From IMG/VR virus record IMGVR_UViG_3300044639_000797: a DNA stretch of 64,000 bases, one strand, 5' to 3'. Origin of the DNA: an uncultured virus (IMG/VR IMGVR_UViG_3300044639_000797). Its lineage: Duplodnaviria; Heunggongvirae; Uroviricota; Caudoviricetes. The translations under genes and the position numbers were made by a program. The stretch's first letter is position 1. Each line of letters opens with the position of its first letter. A model generated the notes under the pieces. That model saw only the letters and a program-made list of their open reading frames with translations. It was not told the DNA's origin and made no database searches. Shown here in pieces: positions 57,735 to 64,000 of this stretch.

Positions 57735-57763
57735 ATTATACGCCCTTTCCTAGTGTGTGTCAA
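57735..57763 (-). promoter_or_regulatory. Consensus sigma70 early promoter
   Basis: TTGACA-17-TATAAT. Confidence 0.9.
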
Positions 57764-57813
57764 GTCCTTGATTTATTTAGCTTTTATTTAGGGGAATGGG
57801 GATTCCCCTGTTT

Positions 57814-59091
57814 TTACTTGCTTTCTTTAGAGACCTGTTTCTTTGTCACCAATATGTCGCCGTTCCTTAGCTTCTGTTTGAACCCTTTCAGCTTAGCTAC
57901 TCGTTTCTCGAACTCTCGTATGGCATCAGCCTCACTCCACGCATAAAAGTCAGGTATCTTGCCTCTCTCTACCACTCCTTGCACCACCCATTGCCCTTTA
58001 ATATGCTTTATGTTGCGTGTGTGCCCATACACTCTCTTACACGCACGTGCGCGCACCTGCTTCTTTAATGTAGGGTCTTTAGTTATAGTCGCCGTACTGA
58101 CAGCGTCAGGCTTGATGTTGTCCCATCTTAAGTTGAGTGGGTCGCCGTCCCTGCATGGCTTGCGTCTGGGCTTGTTGGTCTTGTGGTCGTATAGCTTCAG
58201 ACCCTCTGGTGCTATGGTGGTATTTACCCTGTATGCGTTATCAATGCCGCGAGTGTAGTTCCAGTCGCCTCCTGCACCCATATAAAGGTATGCTAGTTGA
58301 TTGGCAGTGTATTCTTTCCCTAACAACACTATGCGTACGTATGGATTGTTCTTTTTAAGGTAGTATGGCACTCTTATCAGCTCGTCTGTCGCTCCTTGTG
58401 GTGCTTTCTTTGCATAGAACAGTCGGTATATGTCCGTTTGGGGTTCTTTCTGGTTCTGGTTCTGATTCTGTGCTTGTGCTTGTGCTTGTGCTTGTGCTGT
58501 TAAATACGCCTCCTCATTCACCATATGATAACCTGACAACCTTGCTGGCTTGCGTGGTAGTTTGCTCTTGTCCTTTGCCTTTGCATTGGGCTGTTTTGTA
58601 TGCTTACTTGGTGGCTTAGTTGGTGGCATTACTACTCTACCTGCTCTTTTACCTGCTAGTGAGCCTGTTTGCCACTCAAATGTGCCTTCCTCTGGGTCGT
58701 AGTATAAGTGGTGCTTCAGTTGCTCTTGTGTTAGTGGTTGCGCTCGTGCTTGCAGTCGCCGTTCTTTGTCTTGGGTACGTGTACCCGATATTGCATCTTC
58801 TATCGCCGTCTTTACGTAATGTTTAAGTAGTAGGGTCTCTTTGCCAGTGTTAGGGTTAGTGTATATATAGTTAGCCAGTGCTGTTAGTTCATCTATTACT
58901 GCATTACGTCTATCTCTTTTCTCTATCTGTTCTTGCATCGACAGTCTTTTTTGCAGCTCTTTCTTTTCCCTCTCTGCTTGTTTGCTTAAAGCGTATTTAT
59001 ACCGTCTGTATTCATTCGCATGAATTCTATTTAATCTTGATGCTTCAGATAGTCCTAAGTAGTATTGTGCTGTTCTTTTTATAGGTTGCAT
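57814..59091 (-). CDS. Basic protein with a degenerate, interrupted HNH-endonuclease scaffold
   Basis: LTQE.LK..L.YDPE.G.F.W...GKRAG, Y.A.QLAYLYMG, DGDPLN.RWDNI. Catalytic His residues not evident. Confidence 0.65.
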   Translation of the reverse strand: MQPIKRTAQYYLGLSEASRLNRIHANEYRRYKYALSKQAEREKKELQKRLSMQEQIEKRDRRNAVIDELTALANYIYTNPNTGKETLLLKHYVKTAIEDAISGTRTQDKERRLQARAQPLTQEQLKHHLYYDPEEGTFEWQTGSLAGKRAGRVVMPPTKPPSKHTKQPNAKAKDKSKLPRKPARLSGYHMVNEEAYLTAQAQAQAQAQNQNQNQKEPQTDIYRLFYAKKAPQGATDELIRVPYYLKKNNPYVRIVLLGKEYTANQLAYLYMGAGGDWNYTRGIDNAYRVNTTIAPEGLKLYDHKTNKPRRKPCRDGDPLNLRWDNIKPDAVSTATITKDPTLKKQVRARACKRVYGHTRNIKHIKGQWVVQGVVERGKIPDFYAWSEADAIREFEKRVAKLKGFKQKLRNGDILVTKKQVSKESK

Positions 59092-59705
59092 TTGATTTGT
59101 CCTTTTGGGGTGTTTTGAGGCTGTAATTGTAGTACACGTGTCACATAAAAATCAAGATATACGTTGACAATGAACAACTAAAAATTCTGTAAGGGCACGT
59201 AGAATGGGCTTGTGACGGAGTAGGTAAGGCAAAAAATAGCGTTATTAAAGATTTGGAATTATGAGAGAGGAAGAACAAAAAGAAGTAAAAAAACATATAT
59301 TCCCCTGTGACACCTACTACACAGGGAAAAAGAAGAAATTTTGAAAAACTTTTCTCTCTATATATATATTATAATAATAATAATAATAATAAGACCTTTT
59401 TTTTCTACCCCTCACCACTGCTGGGCTCACAGGAATTTTAGTTGTTCATTGTCAATGCATTGCGCCCTATTTTCTGTTACACGAGTTTCTCACCTACTCA
59501 CTATCCTTATGCTAAACATCACCATCACGCATACACATTACAGACAACTAGCATGTTCTTTATAAAGCGATTTAAGGCTCATTTAGGGCAATGTAGCACT
59601 TTTTTATTATCGACGCGTAAAGGGCATGCTACTTCGCTTAAATCGCATAGCTTAGTTTAGTAAAAGAAACAGGTATCAAATTCGGCGCGTGGCTGAATTT
59701 TAGAC

Positions 59706-59731
59706 AAAAAAAAGCCCTCTTTCGAGGGCTT
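59706..59731 (-). terminator. Rho-independent terminator
   Basis: GCCCTC-GAAA-GAGGGC followed by T8. Confidence 0.9.
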
Positions 59732-59751
59732 GGTGTTCGGGTACGTGTACC

Positions 59752-60393
59752 CTATTTTGTTTCACGCTCCACGTAGGCGTTTATATCTTTTGCCAGAACT
59801 AGCAGTTCTGGTAGACTCAGATACTTAACAAGGCTGTTAAGGCTTGCATCAACCTTTTTCTGGCTAGCATCACCTATTTTAAGGTCAGGTTTGAGTGCAA
59901 CCTTAGTTGGTTGCTCAACAGTGTTTTTACTGGCTGGTGTAGCGTCATGGGTACTTGTACCCGAAACTTCAGCTTTTATCCTATCTTGTACGGCTTGTAA
60001 CTCTTTTTCGGTTAGTGCCTTGCTTGCCTTTTCAGCCTTAACAAATGCCGCCTTCTTAACCGCTAGCTCTTCAATACTAAGCAAGCGCACTTTTTCAATA
60101 GTGCTAGTGCTATCGAGGTATGATGCAAAGTTTTTGGCGCGTGTCCCATTACTATCTAGCCAATTACAATATACGGTCGATAGTTCAAAAGCTTGTACTC
60201 GCTTGTGGTCGGTATATAGTCCTTTTGCGATACTGCGAATTGCGTCGCGGGTTGGATTGGTTGCCATAATAGCAAGACTTTCTTTTTTAAACAGCTCAAT
60301 ATCCTTGTTATCAAACAGCCTATTGGCTATAAGGCTTAAAGCAGTTAGTTTAATAGTTAAAGTTTCAGTTTGTTTTTTAGTGTTAGTAGTCAT
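59752..60393 (-). CDS. First early gene, hypothetical protein
   Basis: Has its own promoter and terminator. Start MTTNTKK after SD AGGA. Confidence 0.75.
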   Translation of the reverse strand: MTTNTKKQTETLTIKLTALSLIANRLFDNKDIELFKKESLAIMATNPTRDAIRSIAKGLYTDHKRVQAFELSTVYCNWLDSNGTRAKNFASYLDSTSTIEKVRLLSIEELAVKKAAFVKAEKASKALTEKELQAVQDRIKAEVSGTSTHDATPASKNTVEQPTKVALKPDLKIGDASQKKVDASLNSLVKYLSLPELLVLAKDINAYVERETK

Positions 60394-60469
60394 TTGATTA
60401 AGTCCTATTAAGATGGTTGGGTACATGTACCCTAAAAATGTTGAACCGTTATTGATTCAACTGGTAACT

Positions 60470-60498
60470 ATTATACTCGCAATGTGTCATCGTGTCAA
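60470..60498 (-). promoter_or_regulatory. Consensus sigma70 early promoter
   Basis: TTGACA-17-TATAAT. Confidence 0.9.
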
Positions 60499-60567
60499 CT
60501 ATTGATTCATTGTGTTTCTAACGGTCTATATTATAAGGAGTAGAATAAACTAATAAAACTCTATAAA

Positions 60568-60580
60568 AATCAATGACTTA
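60568..60580 (+). promoter_or_regulatory. IHF-consensus site
   Basis: AATCAATGACTTA fits WATCAANNNNTTR, with an A-rich tract upstream. Confidence 0.55.
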
Positions 60581-60714
60581 CGAAGGGTACGGGGTGGGCA
60601 ACCCCCCTTTTCAATTAGGAGTCCCTATTTTGTACTATACTATGTTACACACAAACAATTCCTAATTTCCTCAAAAACACCTAGCCCCTTAGTACTAACC
60701 CATTCAAATTCCCC

Positions 60715-60759
60715 TTGACCCCCAATTTATTTTTTGATAAGCTGTGCACAGCTTATCAA
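60715..60759 (+). promoter_or_regulatory. Putative rightward promoter overlapped by a perfect 26-bp palindrome
   Basis: TTGACC-17-TAAGCT. TTGATAAGCTGTG|CACAGCTTATCAA at 60734-60759. Confidence 0.55.
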
Positions 60760-60897
60760 TTTTCACCGCCTCCCGCCAAAACACCCCCCGTCACTAAATA
60801 AAGTGCCAAAGCAAAAAATTTTTTCTACAAAAATTTAGAAAATCATGATAGGCTAGAGACTATCTGGACCTTTGAGTTCTGCGCATACTGGTATATT

Positions 60898-61485
60898 ATG
60901 GATCCTGAATTAGAAACAATTCTAGAATTAGAAGCCCTTTTAGCTCCATCCGAGCGAAGTGCTGAGAGCACCTTTTTACAAGCCCAAGAAGTGTTTGCCG
61001 ACAGAGCATTCTTACTGAACAACGGCGTACCTTATACAAAACTCCCCCCTGAATTTACAGCCCAAGAAAAGAACGAAGCCTTGAGCATTTTTCTTGAACA
61101 GCCCGATGCACCTCTAGCACCTACTACATCCGGCGCCGCGAAAGCCCTTGAGAAACTATTAAAACGGTTCGACTATAATCTCCCCAATGCAACAAACAAG
61201 ATGCGGCAGTATCTAATCTTTAAGATGTTTGAATTGGCAGAGAGTGAAGATCCTAAGTTAGCTATAAAAGCCCTAGAGATGCTAGGTAAGGTGTCAGAGA
61301 TTGGGTTGTTCAGTACCAAAATAGAAATAGCAACGACTGATAAGCCTACAAAAGAGTTAGAGACAGAGCTTTCAAGCTTATTAGCCACATATTCACTAGG
61401 GGATTTAGTTGCTAGAGAGGTTAAAGAAGCCCCACAAGAGATTACTGACGAAGAATTACGAGGAGAAGTGCATGAGGATGGATGA
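60898..61485 (+). CDS. terS: Putative terminase small subunit
   Basis: Helical ...IKALEMLGK...GLF motif. Upstream of terL. Confidence 0.65.
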   Translation: MDPELETILELEALLAPSERSAESTFLQAQEVFADRAFLLNNGVPYTKLPPEFTAQEKNEALSIFLEQPDAPLAPTTSGAAKALEKLLKRFDYNLPNATNKMRQYLIFKMFELAESEDPKLAIKALEMLGKVSEIGLFSTKIEIATTDKPTKELETELSSLLATYSLGDLVAREVKEAPQEITDEELRGEVHEDG

Positions 61486-61582
61486 GGCTAATTGGACAGT
61501 AGTTATTGTTTGGGGCCTAATGTCAATAGGTATAGGGTTAGTTGTTTTTACCTGTTATTTTACCCATATATTTCAGTGTTAA
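61472..61582 (+). CDS. 36-aa membrane peptide (not in ORF track)
   Basis: SD GAGGAG. MRMDEANWTVVIVWGLMSIGIGLVVFTCYFTHIFQC. Confidence 0.55.
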   Translation: MRMDEANWTVVIVWGLMSIGIGLVVFTCYFTHIFQC

Positions 61583-61596
61583 TGGAGGAGAAGTGC

Positions 61597-61698
61597 ATGA
61601 TGAGGCCTGAAGATGACGTACGTTTAGCGATTATAAGTTGGGCGGTATTAGTTGCAGGGCTTGTTGCCCTTTATTTTAACCCTCTAATGCATTGTTGA
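61597..61698 (+). CDS. 33-aa membrane peptide
   Basis: SD GAGGAG. MMRPEDDVRLAIISWAVLVAGLVALYFNPLMHC. TGATG coupling to terL. Confidence 0.55.
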   Translation: MMRPEDDVRLAIISWAVLVAGLVALYFNPLMHC

Positions 61699-63182
61699 TG
61701 AAAGATAAACTAGCAGCTTTACCTGAATCTGACCGTATACACCTTGCGCAGCTTATAAAAGAGCTAAAAAAGCGTAAGGCTAGGGAAGATGCACAGACAA
61801 GCTTCTTATCTTTTGTGCAGGAAGTGTGGCCTAGTTTTATTTATGGGCGGCACCATGCGCGTATAGCGAAAGAATTTGAACGAGTGGCTAATGGTGAGTG
61901 CAAAAGACTGATTATTAACTTAGGTCCTCGTCATACTAAGAGTGAGTTCTCTTCTTACTTGTTACCTGCGTGGTTTTTAGGGCGCTTTCCAGAGAAAAAG
62001 GTCATTCAGTGTTCGCATACGGCAGAGCTTGCGGTAGGTTTTGGTCGTAAGGTACGTAACTTAGTAGGGTCGGACGAGTATCAGTCCATATTTCCGGGTG
62101 TAGGGCTACAAACAGACTCTAAAGCAGCGGGGCGATGGAACACAAACGCGGGAGGGGACTATTTCGCTATCGGTATCAGTGGTGCTGTAACGGGTAAAGG
62201 TGCGGATCTGTTGATAATTGACGACCCTCACTCAGAAGGCGATGCGGTTATAGCTCAGTACAATCCTGAAGTGTACGATAAGGTGTATAGTTGGTACTCA
62301 TCTGGTCCTCGTCAGCGGTTACAGCCCGGTGGGGCTATTGTTATAGTTATGACTCGTTGGAGTCTACGTGACTTGACAGGGCAGATATTAGAGTCTGCAG
62401 CAATGGGTGGCGACAAGTGGGAGGTGATTGAGTTCCCAGCTATATTACCTAGTGGTAAGCCGTTATGGCCTGAGTTCTGGCCCATTGAAGAGTTAATGGC
62501 GGTAAAGGCTGAGATACCTAGCGGCAAATGGCAAGCACAGTACCAGCAGCAGCCCACATCTGAGTCTACGGCTATCGTTAAGAGAGAGTGGTGGCGAGAG
62601 TGGGAGGGGAAAGAGCCACCTGACTGTGACTTCCTGTTGATGTCGATGGATACGGCGTTTGAGAAAAAGACCAGTGCTGACTATAGTGCCATCGTGATAT
62701 TTGGTGTGTGGAACAACCCAGAGGATGGGGACCAACCGAACTTAATACTGTTAGAGGCTTGGCGAGAACGGCTAGAGTTCCCTGATTTAAAGCAACGGAC
62801 ATTAGAGTTTTATCAAGAGTGGGAGCCAGATGGTGTTATTATTGAGAAGAAAGCATCAGGAGCTCCACTAATATATGAACTAAGACGTATGGGCATTCCT
62901 GTACAAGAGTTTACACCATCACGCGGACAAGATAAGATATCACGACTTAATGCAGTATCTGATATGTTTGCTTCAGGTAAAGTCTGGGCACCGTCTACAC
63001 GCTGGGCTGAAGAAGTGATTGACGAGGTGGCTTCGTTTCCATCGGGTAGGAATGATGACTTTGTAGATGCTGTAACATTAGCCCTTGCACGGTTTAGGTC
63101 TGGGGGCTTCATTGGCTCCGCTAAAGATAAGGATATTGATGAGGACAGCTGGCTGATAAAGAAACGCGCTAACTATTATTAA
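61698..63182 (+). CDS. terL: Terminase large subunit
   Basis: GPRHTKS Walker A, TG.GAD.LIIDD Walker B, TRW coupling motif, RNase H-like DTA...DYS, IE.KASG, DD.VDA. Confidence 0.95.
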   Translation: MKDKLAALPESDRIHLAQLIKELKKRKAREDAQTSFLSFVQEVWPSFIYGRHHARIAKEFERVANGECKRLIINLGPRHTKSEFSSYLLPAWFLGRFPEKKVIQCSHTAELAVGFGRKVRNLVGSDEYQSIFPGVGLQTDSKAAGRWNTNAGGDYFAIGISGAVTGKGADLLIIDDPHSEGDAVIAQYNPEVYDKVYSWYSSGPRQRLQPGGAIVIVMTRWSLRDLTGQILESAAMGGDKWEVIEFPAILPSGKPLWPEFWPIEELMAVKAEIPSGKWQAQYQQQPTSESTAIVKREWWREWEGKEPPDCDFLLMSMDTAFEKKTSADYSAIVIFGVWNNPEDGDQPNLILLEAWRERLEFPDLKQRTLEFYQEWEPDGVIIEKKASGAPLIYELRRMGIPVQEFTPSRGQDKISRLNAVSDMFASGKVWAPSTRWAEEVIDEVASFPSGRNDDFVDAVTLALARFRSGGFIGSAKDKDIDEDSWLIKKRANYY

Positions 63183-63206
63183 CGAACACAACTTAAGGAT
63201 CTACAG

Positions 63207-64000
63207 ATGGCTGAAGTCCCAAACAACATATTTAAGGCAATGCAACCGCAGAGTCCCTTTTTAACAGAAGATGATGAAGCACCAATAGAGGTTAATATAG
63301 GGGATCCTATGGATCCTATTGATACTGAAGTTGATGTAGAGATGGAACAAGAGCCGGGGTTTGATGCGAACCTCGCGGAGTACATGGATGAGGCGGATAT
63401 GGCCTCGTTAGTAGCTGATTTGATGGATGACTTTAACAATGACAAGAACGCTCGTAAAGAGTGGGAGTCTACCTATATAGACGGCTTAGATTTGTTAGGT
63501 TTAAAAATTGAAGAGCGTTCAGAACCTTGGCAAGGCGCTTGTGGTGTATACCACCCCATGCTAACAGAAGCGGCTATCCGCTTTCAGTCTGAGATGATCT
63601 CTGAAACATTTCCTGCTCAGGGACCTGTAAAAGCCCGAATAATCGGTAAAGATGACCCTGATACCCAGAAGTCTGCGGAACGTGTTGTAGAAGACATGAA
63701 CTACCAGCTTACGGAAAAAATGACTGAGTTTAGACCTGAACACGAAAAGATGTTGTGGTCCTTAGCATTGGCAGGAGCCGCGTTTAAGAAAGTATATTTT
63801 GACCCCTCACTAAACCGTCAGGTAAGTATGTTTGTACCTGCAGAAGATCTTTATATACCCTATGGAGCCTCTGATGCACGTACTTCAGAGCGACTGACTC
63901 ATGTCATGCGTAAAACCAAGAATGATGTTAAGAAGCTACAGTATGCGGAGTTCTATCGTGATATAGACCTTGGTGAACCAACAAAAGACCTTGACGATAT
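63207..64000 (+). CDS. Portal protein, N-terminal part (runs off the window end; not in ORF track)
   Basis: MAEVPNN...NLAEY...R.EWE..Y..GLDLLG...PWQGACGVYHPML.EA..RFQ...FPA.GPVK...MNYQLT...G.AFKKVYFD, open to 64000. Confidence 0.85.
   Translation, partial: MAEVPNNIFKAMQPQSPFLTEDDEAPIEVNIGDPMDPIDTEVDVEMEQEPGFDANLAEYMDEADMASLVADLMDDFNNDKNARKEWESTYIDGLDLLGLKIEERSEPWQGACGVYHPMLTEAAIRFQSEMISETFPAQGPVKARIIGKDDPDTQKSAERVVEDMNYQLTEKMTEFRPEHEKMLWSLALAGAAFKKVYFDPSLNRQVSMFVPAEDLYIPYGASDARTSERLTHVMRKTKNDVKKLQYAEFYRDIDLGEPTKDLDD

Larger units (their letters stand above)
52064..60432. repeat. Dispersed 14-bp palindrome GGGTAC-NN-GTACCC, 11 copies
   Basis: Starts at 52064, 53178, 54749, 55421, 55818, 57233, 57658, 58773, 59739, 59949 and 60419. 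Confidence 0.95.

Noticed and set aside
34339..60397. Many + strand ORFs opposite replication and early genes (and - strand ORFs in the structural arm)
   Set aside because: They are antisense shadows of well-supported genes, without RBS or recognisable motifs.
52064..60432. Palindromes as a CRISPR array or integron attC sites
   Set aside because: They are only 14 bp, irregularly spaced 200-1600 nt apart, with no cas operon or integron integrase. The Cas4-like gene is an ordinary replication-module nuclease.

Overview
The window is almost a complete, circularly permuted dsDNA tailed-phage genome of slightly more than 64 kb. The portal gene is split across the two window ends. The host is probably a beta/gamma-proteobacterium, judged from phage-carried RpoA and RpoD fragments. 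The + strand (60.9-64 kb, then 1-34.3 kb) carries terminase, portal, GroES, scaffold, major capsid, many small Lys/Gly-rich proteins, adaptor and tail proteins, tail fibre, holin/lysozyme, a cupin-SET protein, ejection-type proteins and a 2637-aa SLT/zincin/LPD38-type protein. The - strand (60.4 to 34.3 kb) carries early genes behind consensus sigma70 promoters, an AAA+/vWA pair, modular mini-genes, PolA, a nuclease, a SNF2 helicase and a primase-helicase. I saw no integrase, tRNA, CRISPR array or reverse transcriptase. Main observations: (1) a prfB/RF2-type +1 frameshift cassette at the portal stop codon that would add a 116-aa domain; (2) a ~59-aa protein in the replication operon that copies the major-capsid N-terminus (21/23 aa identical, mostly different codons); (3) free-standing RNAP alpha-CTD, sigma70 region 4 and TraR/DksA-like proteins; (4) 11 copies of the palindrome GGGTAC-NN-GTACCC plus a repeated promoter-hairpin-palindrome cassette in the early region; (5) a shared phi-x-x-GG tag on many virion-region proteins; (6) a pseudoknotted leader RNA candidate. 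All calls come from reading the sequence and from recalled family motifs. No searches were run.
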